Positions 19,567 to 30,163 are shown, counted from the stretch's first letter. The stretch is 64,000 nt of DNA from an uncultured Candidatus Saccharibacteria bacterium (GCA_964416985.1 CAYQFS010000001.1:153365-217364), one strand, 5' to 3'. Numbers and translations are program-made. The notes: a model not told the origin generated them from the letters alone.

Positions 19567-20856
19567 ATGAAAAATAATCAAAAAGGTTTCATTGCTCCCT
19601 TGCTGACTGTGATAATTGGGTTGATAGTAATAGGAGGCGGAGCTTATATGTATTTGAATAAAGATCATGGCTCATTGGGCATATCTGACACAACTTCAAT
19701 CACTGATCCGAAAGATGTCAAAGATTTTGATACTTGCATGAGTTATGCAAAAAATATACCGACAAATTTTGATATTGTGTTCGCTCACGGTTCTAATATT
19801 CAGGATGTAACGAATATTGAAGCAGATTTCCAGAAAGCATACCCACAGGCCAAATTGAAAGTTTCCACCGAGCAAGACGCGATGGATGAAGCCATTGCTT
19901 ATAATGGGGGAAGTATAAAGACTGCAAGCGGATTGGCAGACTATAAGAAACAAATAACACCACAACTCACTTCCAAAATCTCTGTCAGCGTTCCTCTTCA
20001 ATATCTCGGTACAAAGAAGAGCTTTGATGATTTTATGACAATGATATTGAGTAAGTATCCTCGGGCAAAATTCCAACAGTATGCAGGCTCTTCTCCGGAG
20101 ACGTTCCTATCTGATTCCTCAATAAGTGTGGGTGAGGCTCAGTATGTTTACCAGCAACAATGCACCTACAAATACAAGACATTAGATGCATCAGGCCGAG
20201 CAGCACTGGACGTCAAGACTGCAGATCAATCTATTCAACTCGGGGTACGAGTCACAATGTTAAACGCCTCAAGTTATTATGAAGACCATGCTTCTTATGG
20301 CTCCGGTGCTCTATCACAGAATAATGGTGTATGTTCCGATACTGGCGTGTATGGACTAAGTAAATCACTAGACTCCCTTACAAAGAATGCGGGTGTTTCA
20401 TATTGCTATGCTTCTGCGACTGCATTTGCAGTGTCTGCCCCGCTAAAATCTGATCCATCAATAGGATACTGTGCTGACAGTACTGGTTTCTTTGGTAAGA
20501 CTCCTCCAACAGCAGCTAATAAAGGTTACTGTGTTGCACCTAGGAAAGTTAGTCAAGATATCAGCTCTTGCCAGAATGGCGGATCAACTGTTAGGGCGAG
20601 ATGGATATGTGTAGGTAACATCGTAGATCCAACTCCTCCATTCCATATACAAAATATTGTTATGCCGTTCGCTACTCCTATTTCAGAGAAGATTAATTTC
20701 TGTAAGACATTTAATGGTACTGAAGCTGACTATTGTTTTGCTTCCATAATCCAGTCAGCAGGAACTGATCGTTTTAGTGAAGAAGCAAAATCAATATGTA
20801 ATATGATCTCTGATAAAAATACATGGTTCAAAAATGATTGTAAGAATAAAGATTAA
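19567..20856 (+). CDS. Cys-rich secreted/surface protein with pilin-like N-terminal hydrophobic segment
   Basis: 'MKNNQKGFIAPLLTVIIGLIVIGG' resembles a class III (prepilin-type) leader but lacks Glu+5. It has >12 Cys in the extracytoplasmic part. Confidence 0.5.
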   Translation: MKNNQKGFIAPLLTVIIGLIVIGGGAYMYLNKDHGSLGISDTTSITDPKDVKDFDTCMSYAKNIPTNFDIVFAHGSNIQDVTNIEADFQKAYPQAKLKVSTEQDAMDEAIAYNGGSIKTASGLADYKKQITPQLTSKISVSVPLQYLGTKKSFDDFMTMILSKYPRAKFQQYAGSSPETFLSDSSISVGEAQYVYQQQCTYKYKTLDASGRAALDVKTADQSIQLGVRVTMLNASSYYEDHASYGSGALSQNNGVCSDTGVYGLSKSLDSLTKNAGVSYCYASATAFAVSAPLKSDPSIGYCADSTGFFGKTPPTAANKGYCVAPRKVSQDISSCQNGGSTVRARWICVGNIVDPTPPFHIQNIVMPFATPISEKINFCKTFNGTEADYCFASIIQSAGTDRFSEEAKSICNMISDKNTWFKNDCKNKD

Positions 20857-20950
20857 GAATAATTTAGGAGCACTAATCCCCAAGACCTAGTGATTTTGCA
20901 ATAAAAAACTCCGCCTCTATCTTTCACAAAGGAAAAACAGATGCGGAGCT

Positions 20951-21304
20951 TCAGGGTTCCTTGAAGATCTTTCTTGTTACGAAGTAACTAATGACGGTCA
21001 AGATGATAGTGATCGGTATTTGTGCCAAGAGATAATGGACTTTCCAACGTTCGACGAGCAGATAAAGGAGCAGAAAGTTGCTGGATACCGTAAAGACCGC
21101 GAGCCATGTATATTTGCCAGCCTCTCTTCCTGTCTTTTTTCTATCGATGCTTCTAAATGCCCAGAATTTCTGCATGTAGAAATTTACAATGTTATTTACT
21201 AAGAATGCGGCAACTGATGATAGTACATACCACATACCTAGGAATTCCGTAAACGTCCACATGATAATGTAGTAACAAATGACTCCTACACCACCTGCAG
21301 CCAA
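20951..21304 (-). CDS. GtrA-family membrane protein
   Basis: 117 aa, 4 TM, 'FLVNNIVNFYMQKFWAFR' GtrA-like motif. Confidence 0.5.
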   Translation of the reverse strand: MAAGGVGVICYYIIMWTFTEFLGMWYVLSSVAAFLVNNIVNFYMQKFWAFRSIDRKKTGREAGKYTWLAVFTVSSNFLLLYLLVERWKVHYLLAQIPITIILTVISYFVTRKIFKEP

Positions 21305-21432
21305 AAACCGAAAAATCTCAATTAACCGTGTTTTTATATTATTTTGTGCGATGTTCAGATACGCCTCCTTTCTTGTTCAGGCCACATAGTATCCACAATT
21401 AGGTATTCAGTCAAACGTGGTATAATTTTGAC

Positions 21433-21763
21433 GGCTACAGAAAGGGGCCTTCCTATGACTGAGGTCGATCAGGTCGATACACGGATTAGGGTAAGTCCTT
21501 GGGATTACTTCATGTTGATAGTCGAAGGATCTCAAAGCGAGTTAAATATGTACTTCACCTCGCTTGCATTGCAAGATCCACACCCATCACCATACGCGTG
21601 TTTTCTCCACTTTAGATACCACGGAGGTAAGGCGGAGCTCGATACGCGCTTCAGAGTTGATCCAGGAGTTCCTTCTCACAGAAGAAGTCTGACGGTTCAA
21701 CTTCCTCTCGCTGCCTGAGGCAGCTTTAACAACAGGTGTCCCTCATCGGACACCTGCGTTTTT
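21433..21763 (+). ncRNA. GC-rich structured RNA with its own promoter and terminator; type unresolved
   Basis: Extended -10 'TGGTATAAT' at 21418-21426. ~48% GC in a 40% GC genome. Hairpin GCTGCC-TGA-GGCAGC at 21706-21725. Rho-independent terminator at 21734-21763. The overlapping 124-aa ORF is not protein-like. Confidence 0.5.
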
Positions 21764-21810
21764 ATTCAATTTTTTGAAAAACGATCCATTTTGCTGTATC
21801 ATGTACTTCT

Positions 21811-23530
21811 CATGAAGCTTTCTCCTTCCCCTAGTATTTTAAGTATCCTCAAACCATACAGGGGGAGCGTCTTTCTCCTTGTTGTTCTAGCTGCGATTGC
21901 CAATGCCCTTGCTCTCGTCATTCCCAAACTTATTTCAAGAGGAATCGATTCATATGCTGCAGGTACTCTTGTCATGAGTACAATCGCGATTGAGTTTAGT
22001 ATCGTTTCTTTCAGTATTTTCGCTCTCACGTACTTTCAGGGCATTATGCAGGTCTATGTCTCTGAAAAGGTTGCACGCGATACGAGAGACAGACTTGCTG
22101 GAAAAATATCGGAATTGAGTTTTGCCGAACTTGAGAAAGAAAAATCGACAAAACTTCTCACATACCTTACGTCGGATATCGATGCTCTCAAGTCATTTGT
22201 TTCTTTTGGGATTGTGACGGTCATTTCGTCGATTGTAGTTATCATCGGGGCGATTATTCTTCTCATGATGATCAATTGGAAGCTCGCACTTGCAGTGCTC
22301 GCTATTTTGCCTTTTATCGGAATTCTTTTTGCCGTTGTTTTTTCTCGGCTCGGACCTCTTTTTAAAAAGACTCAGGAGCTCATAGATAATCTAAACCTCA
22401 TTATCAGCGAAAGTATCATTGGCTCGGCTCTCGTTCGCGTTTTTAATTCTGGAAAGCAGGAAGCTTCAAAATTTAATGACGCTAATACCGAATCAAAAAA
22501 GAACGGCCTGGCTATCCTCAAATATTTTTCTCTCATCATTCCTGCAGTTGGAATTGTTGGGAACCTAGCGTCTCTCATTATCTTGCTTCTCGGAGGACAT
22601 TTTGTAATTGGGGGGACGATGACCATTGGAGATTTTACGGCGTTTCAAAGCTACGTTTTCATTCTCATTTTTCCAATAATTATGCTCGGCTTTGTTTCGA
22701 GCATCATTTCCCAAGCCCAGGCCTCCTATGGCCGAATCTCCGGACTTTTGAATAAACCACATGAAGAAGAAACAGGTACTATCGAAAAAGAACTGAAGGG
22801 AAATCTTGAGGCAAAAAATATTACTCTCGAATATGGAGAAAAGTGTGTTCTTAAAAATGTCTCTTTTAATGTCCGGGCAGGTACGAGAACGGCCATCATA
22901 GGTCCAACCGCAGCGGGGAAGACGCAGCTTTTGAATGTCCTTATTGGGCTTGTAAAGCCGGTATCAGGAAAAGTTCTTTATGATGGAATTCCAGTCGAAG
23001 AATATACTCGACAGGCAGTATATTCCCAGGTTGCAATCGTTTTTCAGGATAGCGTGATGTTCAATCTTACTCTCAGGGAAAATATTGCTTTCAGCACAAC
23101 AGTCAATGATGTCGAACTTGCCAAGGCGATCGATACTGCCGAACTTGGGGATTTTCTTCACACTTTGCCAAAAGGACTCGATACAATTGCCTCGGAAAGG
23201 GGAACCAGTCTTTCGGGGGGACAGAAGCAGCGCATCATGCTCGCGCGAGCGCTCGCATTGAATCCAAGAATCCTCCTTCTTGACGACTTTACTGCACGAG
23301 TCGATGCTCAGACCGAGAAGAAGATTTTGAAAAATATTGAGAAAAACTATCCTGAGATCACCATTATTTCTGTCACCCAGAAGGTGACTTCTGTGAAGCA
23401 TTATGAAAAAATAATTCTTCTTATGGAAGGGGAGATTCTTGCGGAGGGAACTCACGATGAGCTCGAGGATTCATCTCCAGAATACGCACAGATTCTTGAG
23501 TCGCAAAAAAGTACTCAGGCGTATGAATAG
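21811..23530 (+). CDS. ABC transporter permease/ATP-binding protein (type I exporter, TMD-NBD)
   Basis: Six TM helices, Walker A 'GPTAAGKTQL', signature 'LSGGQKQR', Walker B 'LLLDD'. Confidence 0.9.
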
Positions 23531-23543
23531 AAACTTTTAAAAT

Positions 23544-25319
23544 ATGAATTATTCACTTTCAAAAATTAAAGACGAGCACGAGGAAAAAGTTTCTTGGATT
23601 TCTTCTGTGCGAAAAATGTTGCCAGTTCTTTCGGGAGAGAGGACGAAGCTTGTGATCGTGCTTACTACGCTCATTTTGAACTCGGTTCTGACTCTCATTG
23701 GACCGCTTGTTATCGGGCATGTCATCAACACCTTCATCATTGCGGGGAATTTTAGGGGAGTTGTCATGTACTCACTGCTTCTCGTTGTTATTTACGCTGG
23801 AGCTTTCACTGCAAACTATATTCAAATAAAAACAATGGGAGCAGTAGCACAAAGGACGCTTTTTAGGCTTCGAAACATGATTTTTGGAAAGCTCATGGAA
23901 CTTCCTCTAGCATTTTTCAATCAAAATAAATCTGGAGATCTCATTTCTCGCATCAATAACGACACGAGTAAATTGAATCAATTTTTCTCCGAAGGCCTCA
24001 TGCGTTTTGCCGGTACATTTTTCATCATTTCCGGAGCGGCTGTTTTTGTCATTGTCATTAACTGGAAGCTTGCCCTTGCATCTCTCGCACCGGCAGCGGT
24101 AGCTTTTGTTATTACCCGAGTCATTTCTCCATGGGTCAAAAGGACGACAGGAAAAAGTCTTCGTGCAAATGGGGCACTCAGCAGCGAAGCGCAGGAGAGT
24201 ATGACAAACTTCAAGGTCATCCTCGCTTTCAATCGCCGTGATTATTTCCGAAAAAAGTTTGCAGAGGTGAATCAAAATAACTTTAAAGCAGCTTTCAGGG
24301 CTGGAATTGCAAATGAGATTTTTACACCCATTTTTGAATGGTCAGCAAATGTCGCCCTCCTCATTGTTCTTGCATACGGAATTCATTTAATCGATGTGCA
24401 GGCGTTTACCGTCGGATTTCTCGTGAGCTTCGTCATTTACATCACTCGTTTCTATGATCCTCTTCGTGAAATGGCTCGTCTATGGTCAACATTCCAGACT
24501 GCTCTTGCTGCATGGGATCGCATCGGAGAAATTCTTCGTCTCACATCTGACCTTACAATTGTCAAAGACACCGAAATTACCAAAAACAAAAATTCTGTAA
24601 TCGAATTTAAAAATGTCTCCTTTGCATATCCTGAAGGAGCTATAGTCCTCAAGCACGCAAGCTTTTCATTTGAAAAGGGAAAAACCTATGCTCTCGTTGG
24701 TCCAACTGGGGGAGGAAAAACGACCACAGCTTCTCTCATTGCTCGTCTCTATGATCCAACTGCGGGAACCATTTTTCTTGATGGTAAGGACATTCGTACC
24801 TATGATCCTATAGTGCGTACCCAGAAGATCGGCTTCATTCTTCAGGAAGCATTTCTCTTTAGCGGGACGGTGCGTGAAAATATTCTCTATGGAAATAGCC
24901 AGTATATTGAGAAGGGAATTGAAAAAGGAAAAGAGGCTCTCGAAAAAGATCTTCGTGATTCAGGCCTTTCAGAACTTTTGAAAAGATTTGATAAAGGTCT
25001 CGACACACCAATAGGCGCTCACAGCGAACTTTCTCTTGGTGAACGCCAGCTCATTGCGTTTATTCGCGCGGTGCTTCGAAAGCCGGAAATTCTTATTCTC
25101 GATGAAGCAACTGCAAATATAGATACTGTCACAGAAAAACTTCTCGAGGATGTTCTCAAAAAATTGCCAAAGGAAACGACCCGGGTTATTATCGCTCATC
25201 GTCTCAACACTATTGAAAATGCTGATGGAATATTCTTTGTAAATGGTGGAGATATTGTAGAAGCGGGTTCAATGGATCACGCTGTTGAAATGCTCCTTCA
25301 TCACAAGAGAAAAAGTTAG
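23544..25319 (+). CDS. ABC transporter permease/ATP-binding protein (exporter, partner of previous)
   Basis: Walker A 'GPTGGGKTT', signature 'LSLGERQ', Walker B 'ILILDEAT'. Likely a heterodimer with 21811-23530. Confidence 0.9.
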   Translation: MNYSLSKIKDEHEEKVSWISSVRKMLPVLSGERTKLVIVLTTLILNSVLTLIGPLVIGHVINTFIIAGNFRGVVMYSLLLVVIYAGAFTANYIQIKTMGAVAQRTLFRLRNMIFGKLMELPLAFFNQNKSGDLISRINNDTSKLNQFFSEGLMRFAGTFFIISGAAVFVIVINWKLALASLAPAAVAFVITRVISPWVKRTTGKSLRANGALSSEAQESMTNFKVILAFNRRDYFRKKFAEVNQNNFKAAFRAGIANEIFTPIFEWSANVALLIVLAYGIHLIDVQAFTVGFLVSFVIYITRFYDPLREMARLWSTFQTALAAWDRIGEILRLTSDLTIVKDTEITKNKNSVIEFKNVSFAYPEGAIVLKHASFSFEKGKTYALVGPTGGGKTTTASLIARLYDPTAGTIFLDGKDIRTYDPIVRTQKIGFILQEAFLFSGTVRENILYGNSQYIEKGIEKGKEALEKDLRDSGLSELLKRFDKGLDTPIGAHSELSLGERQLIAFIRAVLRKPEILILDEATANIDTVTEKLLEDVLKKLPKETTRVIIAHRLNTIENADGIFFVNGGDIVEAGSMDHAVEMLLHHKRKS

Positions 25320-25864
25320 TTTTTCTGGAGTTTTTTTACCACCTCTTCACATTTAAGGAAAAGGTCTTCGAGTGTCCCATTATTTTCTATGACAATGTCA
25401 GCCATCTCAATGACTTTTCCGACATTCTGGCCGTTCCTGTCCTTGCTTTCATTTTCCTCTTCTTCTATTTTCTTGAAATCTTCGAACGTTACTTCGTCAC
25501 CGATTCTCCCTCTCTTTTTTGAAAATTCATAGCGCCTCTCCATGGGTGCAACGACAGCAATCACTGTACCTCCGAGTTTTTTGAATGTTTCGACTTCGTC
25601 AATTGCTCTAAGACCGCTCACGATGAGATTTTCCTTTGTTTTTTCAAAAGCGACTCTCACGAGGTAGTCACCACCGTGTTTTGCTCGGAGTTCGTTTGCG
25701 TGTTTGTGAACATTCGGCCGGTCGAGAGTACCAAGGTTATTTTTTGTAATGTAATCTCTGATGAGGTCACTGCTTGAAATGTGGTGAAGGGAATATTTCT
25801 TGGCGACGTACTCTGCCGCTGTGTCCTTGCCTCCAACTGGATGTCCAACAAATGCTAGTTTCAT
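25316..25864 (-). CDS. P-loop nucleotide kinase-like protein
   Basis: N-terminal 'VGHPVGGKDT' P-loop. ~180 aa NMP-kinase-like size. Confidence 0.4.
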   Translation of the reverse strand: MKLAFVGHPVGGKDTAAEYVAKKYSLHHISSSDLIRDYITKNNLGTLDRPNVHKHANELRAKHGGDYLVRVAFEKTKENLIVSGLRAIDEVETFKKLGGTVIAVVAPMERRYEFSKKRGRIGDEVTFEDFKKIEEEENESKDRNGQNVGKVIEMADIVIENNGTLEDLFLKCEEVVKKLQKN

Positions 25865-25940
25865 GTTCGTATTCTAGCATGGTTTTTAAAAAAGGTTTTA
25901 AATTGGCCAAAATCCATAGGGAAAACCTTGACAAAATGCG

Positions 25941-25958
25941 ACTTTATCAAAACTTTAT
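25941..25958 (+). promoter_or_regulatory. Direct repeat ACTTTAT-N4-ACTTTAT, copy C, preceded by TTGACA at 25928-25933
   Basis: Shares ~55 nt with copies A and B, including the downstream 'tttttaggtatttcttgatca' seen in copy A. Confidence 0.45.
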
Positions 25959-26003
25959 TTATTTTTAGGTATTTCTTGATCACCCCTTTGCTAGGGTAAG
26001 GGA

Positions 26004-26441
26004 ATGTCTATAAAAAATATTTTAGAAAGAGTAAATAAAAATAAAACAGGAATTTTTAGAAGGGATTCAGAGCTGATTGTAACTCTACCTGAGGAGATAT
26101 CATGTATTATCGGTGATGATAAAATTCACCTTTCCGAATTTATCGTAGCAAAAGTGAGAGGATTCATAAAAGATAAGGTCGGGCATCCTGAGATAACTGA
26201 TGATATTTTTCTTAAAATTCCTCAGAATTTATCGAATCCGAAAGAAATCCTCCAAGATATTAGGGCCAGTAAAAAATACCTCTTTATTAATGCAAATCCT
26301 CTTCATGAAATTGTTGTCGAGATTTTCCGCAGAGAATCGGGTAGAACTGAGATAAATACCATTCATATCATCAACATCCATGAACTAAAACGACTGGAAC
26401 ATAAATTTCCAGTCGTTTATAGCTCTGGCGGAACCCCCTGA
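26004..26441 (+). CDS. hypothetical protein
   Basis: ORF downstream of repeat copy C. No recognisable motif. Confidence 0.45.
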   Translation: MSIKNILERVNKNKTGIFRRDSELIVTLPEEISCIIGDDKIHLSEFIVAKVRGFIKDKVGHPEITDDIFLKIPQNLSNPKEILQDIRASKKYLFINANPLHEIVVEIFRRESGRTEINTIHIINIHELKRLEHKFPVVYSSGGTP

Positions 26442-26591
26442 TTCCGCATGCGTGCGCCTCCTTTTGAGAGACCGCTGGTGGGGGACTTTCCAGTCTTCAG
26501 ATGTTTCTACTTACTGTAGAATGTACTATAAGTATATGAATCTCATTAAAGAAGTCAAGATTTTGTGAATGTCTTGTATGCGTGTTAAAAT

Positions 26592-27236
26592 TTGGTTATG
26601 AAAATAACCAAGCTCGGACATTGCTGTCTTCTCATCGAGACGAATGGGGTTCGTATTGTTACTGACCCAGGCAATTATTCTACAGCCCAGGATGCCGTTA
26701 CAGACATTGATTTTATTGTCATAAGTCACGAGCATACTGACCATCTCCATATCGAATCAGTCAAAAATCTTTTGAAGAATAATCCTCAGGCAAAAATCAT
26801 TACAAATGCTTCGGTGGGAAAAATTCTCACCAAAGAAAATATTCCTTTTTCTGTTGTAGCTCATAGCCAGTCTGCAGATCTCAAAGGAGTTTCTTTAAAG
26901 GGATGGGGAACGAAGCATGCTGTTATCTATAAGATGCTCGAGGATACTGAAAATACAGGTTATGTTTTTGCAGAAAAATTCTTCTATCCGGGAGATGCTT
27001 TTACTCCTCCTAACATGGAAATTGAAATTCTAGCTCTCCCTGTCGCTGGTCCATGGATGAAACTATCTGAAGCAATCGAGTATGCTCTTCTCGTTAAGCC
27101 AAAGAAATGTTTTCCTGTCCATGACGAAAATCTAAAAACCTATGGTATTAGTCATCGTCTTCCCGGAATTGAGCTTCCAAAATCCGGCATTGAATTTATT
27201 CCTTGCGCCTCTGGTCAAACATTAGAATTTAATTAA
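26592..27236 (+). CDS. MBL-fold metallo-hydrolase
   Basis: 'VISHEHTDHL' HxHxDH motif. Confidence 0.8.
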   Translation: MVMKITKLGHCCLLIETNGVRIVTDPGNYSTAQDAVTDIDFIVISHEHTDHLHIESVKNLLKNNPQAKIITNASVGKILTKENIPFSVVAHSQSADLKGVSLKGWGTKHAVIYKMLEDTENTGYVFAEKFFYPGDAFTPPNMEIEILALPVAGPWMKLSEAIEYALLVKPKKCFPVHDENLKTYGISHRLPGIELPKSGIEFIPCASGQTLEFN

Positions 27237-27245
27237 ATAAAATAT

Positions 27246-27704
27246 ATGCGTGAACAACTCGATAATTTTGATACGTGGTTCATTCATTTCCTCCGAAGGA
27301 TAAGCGTTCCTCTTGGTCGCTTTGCTTTGTTTGTTGTTTTTTTCTGGTTTGGCATTCTCAAAATATTTGGCACAAGTCCCGCGAACCCCATGGTCTCTGA
27401 CCTCCTCCATGTCACAATGCCTTTCATGTCGTGGGATGTTTTTATTATTCTTTTTGCTATTTATGAAATTCTCATTGGTATTGCCTTTCTCATTCCTCGC
27501 TGCGAACGTCTCGCAATCGCCCTTCTCATTCCTCATATGATTATGACTTCTCTTCCTCTCATGTTTCTTACTGACATGACATGGCAAGGATTTCTCACGC
27601 CAACACTTGAAGGTCAGTACATTATCAAGAATCTCGTGATTGTGGCTCTCGCTCTGGGAATCGCGGCACATCTGCACCCGTTTCACTTGAAGAAAAAGGG
27701 ATAA
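27246..27704 (+). CDS. hypothetical membrane protein (4 TM, DoxX-like topology)
   Basis: Hydrophobic helices only. Confidence 0.45.
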   Translation: MREQLDNFDTWFIHFLRRISVPLGRFALFVVFFWFGILKIFGTSPANPMVSDLLHVTMPFMSWDVFIILFAIYEILIGIAFLIPRCERLAIALLIPHMIMTSLPLMFLTDMTWQGFLTPTLEGQYIIKNLVIVALALGIAAHLHPFHLKKKG

Positions 27705-27724
27705 AAGGAGATAATGGGGGTCTT

Positions 27725-29560
27725 ATGTCTACCTCTTCCTTACAGAAAAATGAGCCAAGGAAATTTCCGCATGTTTCGAATTTTGCTGTCGTAAAAGAAT
27801 ACTTATGTGTGGCTCAACAACACTGGTTTCTTGCCATAGTCACTATATTCGGTTGGGTTCTAGCCACTCTTTCTTTCTCTGTAATTTCGCCCATTTTCTA
27901 TAAAAAGTTTTTTGATATTATTGCAATTTCTTCTTTTGGAGATGCCGGAGTAGTTTCCTCACTTATACACATTGTCTATATTCTTCTCGCTATAAATATT
28001 ACAGGTTGGGCTGGGTATCGAATCGCGGGATTCGCTACAACATATTTCCAATCTAAAGTCGTGAAAAAATTAAGCGAAAAAGCTTTCGATCATGTAATTT
28101 CTCATTCGCACAGTTTTTTCATGAATAATTTTGCAGGAAGTCTTGTTCAAAGGGTAAATAGGTTCTCTCGTTCATTCATGCGTTTTTCTGATCAGATCAT
28201 TGAGAATGTTCTACCTCTTACAATAAAAGTCGTTGGTAGTATTTTTGTACTTTATATAACTATTCCCATCATGGCGTATATGGTGGCTGGTTGGATTACT
28301 ATCTTCATGGTTGCCTCCTATTGTTTTGCAAAAATTAAACTCAAGTACGACATTCTTTCTGCTCAAGCTGACTCGAGAATGGTAGGAACTCTTTCAGATT
28401 CGATAACAAATCATAGTTCAGTACAGCTTTTCAATGGACATCTCCAAGAATCAAATTTATTTAGAAGAGCAACGAATAATTTGACCAACCTTGCAATTTT
28501 CAGATGGAATCTTGGTTCTGTAATGGAAGCAGCTCAATCTGCGGTTACTCTCGTCGTTGAATTTTTCGTCTTTTATTATGGAATAAAATATTGGTCAGCT
28601 GGGTTACTCACTGTGGGTACTTTTGTTCTCGTGCAATTTTATATGACGGATGTAGGAACGAATTTATGGGGCTTCGGTAGGATTATACGAAATGTTTATG
28701 AAGCGATCGCTGATGGAAAGGAAATGGTCGAGATTCTCCACCTTCCTCACGAAATTAAGAACATACAGGGTGCTACGGAGCTTTCTGTGCCCCAGGGATC
28801 TATTGAATTTAGAGATGTTACCTTTGGATTTTCTGAAAATCGTAATGTTTTTAAAGGCCTCAATCTCTCTATCCGCCCTGGAGAAAAAGTGGCTCTCATC
28901 GGCTCGTCTGGAGCGGGTAAATCGACACTCGTGAAATTATTGCTTCGTTTGCACGACATACAGGGTGGAGAGATCCTTATTGATGGACAAAATATTGCAA
29001 AAGTCACTCAGGAAAGCCTTCGAGAAAATATAAGCTTGGTTCCGCAGGATCCGGCACTCTTCCATCGTACGCTTATGGAAAATATTCGCTATGGAAAAAG
29101 GGATGCAAGCGATGCGGAGGTGCTCGAAGTTTCAAAGATGGCACACTGCGATATTTTCATTAGGGATTTTCCGCATCAGTACGAGACATTTGTTGGGGAG
29201 CGAGGGGTAAAACTTTCGGGGGGAGAACGACAGAGGGTAGCGATTGCTCGAGCATTGCTCAAAAATGCCCCAATACTTGTTCTTGATGAAGCAACATCGT
29301 CACTTGATTCGCATTCGGAGTCGCTCATCCAGGATGCATTGAATACTTTGATGAAAGGAAAGACGACAATCGTCATTGCTCACCGGCTCTCAACGATCAG
29401 AAAGATGGATCGCATCATTGTCCTTGGAAAAGAAGGAATACTTGAGGAAGGAAGTCACGAAGAGCTTCTCGTAAAGGATAAAGGAATGTATTCAAAGCTC
29501 TGGAATCTCCAAGCTGGAGGATTTTCTGACAAGAGTATCGAGGAATTACTTGAAAATTAA
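27725..29560 (+). CDS. ABC transporter permease/ATP-binding protein (exporter)
   Basis: Walker A 'GSSGAGKSTL', signature 'LSGGERQR', Walker B 'LVLDEATS', H-loop 'IAHRLST'. Confidence 0.9.
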   Translation: MSTSSLQKNEPRKFPHVSNFAVVKEYLCVAQQHWFLAIVTIFGWVLATLSFSVISPIFYKKFFDIIAISSFGDAGVVSSLIHIVYILLAINITGWAGYRIAGFATTYFQSKVVKKLSEKAFDHVISHSHSFFMNNFAGSLVQRVNRFSRSFMRFSDQIIENVLPLTIKVVGSIFVLYITIPIMAYMVAGWITIFMVASYCFAKIKLKYDILSAQADSRMVGTLSDSITNHSSVQLFNGHLQESNLFRRATNNLTNLAIFRWNLGSVMEAAQSAVTLVVEFFVFYYGIKYWSAGLLTVGTFVLVQFYMTDVGTNLWGFGRIIRNVYEAIADGKEMVEILHLPHEIKNIQGATELSVPQGSIEFRDVTFGFSENRNVFKGLNLSIRPGEKVALIGSSGAGKSTLVKLLLRLHDIQGGEILIDGQNIAKVTQESLRENISLVPQDPALFHRTLMENIRYGKRDASDAEVLEVSKMAHCDIFIRDFPHQYETFVGERGVKLSGGERQRVAIARALLKNAPILVLDEATSSLDSHSESLIQDALNTLMKGKTTIVIAHRLSTIRKMDRIIVLGKEGILEEGSHEELLVKDKGMYSKLWNLQAGGFSDKSIEELLEN

Positions 29561-29571
29561 TTATCGTAATC

Positions 29572-30021
29572 ATGAAAACAAAATATACCATTCTTTGCAT
29601 AGTAATTGTCATCATCGCCGGTCTTGTTGCGATTTTTGCACGACCTTGGGCAAATGTTGTTGAGGGGCCTTCATTGAAAATTGGAAAAGAAAAAATTACC
29701 TTGATTGTTTCCGATACTCCGGAAGAAAGAGAAAAAGGACTCGGAGATCTCGAATTACTCCCAGAAAATTCTGTCATGCTCTTTACGTTCGAAAATCCTG
29801 ACAAATACGGTATCTGGATGAAGGATATGAAATTTCCAATTGATATTATTTGGCTTGATGAATCAAAGAAGATTGTAACTATCGAAAGTGATGTTTCTCC
29901 TGATACATACCCCGAAATATTTTATCCCACAGAAAACAGCTTTTATGTAATTGAAAGCAACGCCGGTTTTGCTGAAAAAAATAATCTCAGAACGGGCGAT
30001 ACACTCGATTTTTCACTTTAA
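29572..30021 (+). CDS. DUF192 domain protein (COG1430)
   Basis: N-terminal anchor. 'SVMLFTFENPDKYGIWMKDMKFPIDIIWLD' DUF192 core. Confidence 0.7.
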   Translation: MKTKYTILCIVIVIIAGLVAIFARPWANVVEGPSLKIGKEKITLIVSDTPEEREKGLGDLELLPENSVMLFTFENPDKYGIWMKDMKFPIDIIWLDESKKIVTIESDVSPDTYPEIFYPTENSFYVIESNAGFAEKNNLRTGDTLDFSL

Positions 30022-30163
30022 TTTTTTTCTTCTATTTACACAGGTTCATTTCTGTTTCTCATTGATAAAAGAACGAGTTATCCACAGGACGCATCATCTC
30101 AAAAAGAAGTAAAATAATCCTTACGCACAAAAATTACAAGCCTTTTTTAGCCCCATAATCACA

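Noticed and set aside
21697-21712. 'GGTTCAACTTCC' as a tRNA-like T-arm completing a canonical tmRNA 3' end
   Set aside because: It lies inside the putative tag reading frame and is not followed by an acceptor strand or CCA. It therefore cannot support a standard one-piece tmRNA and is left as an observation within the ncRNA finding.
21344-21718. 124-aa ORF on plus strand
   Set aside because: It starts upstream of the mapped promoter and spans a structured GC-rich RNA. The amino-acid sequence is low-information. It is retained only as the frame that reveals the ...LAA-stop module.
30022-30163. Possible NrdR box upstream of nrdA
   Set aside because: No convincing 16-bp palindrome of NrdR type was seen, only weak AT-rich inverted repeats.
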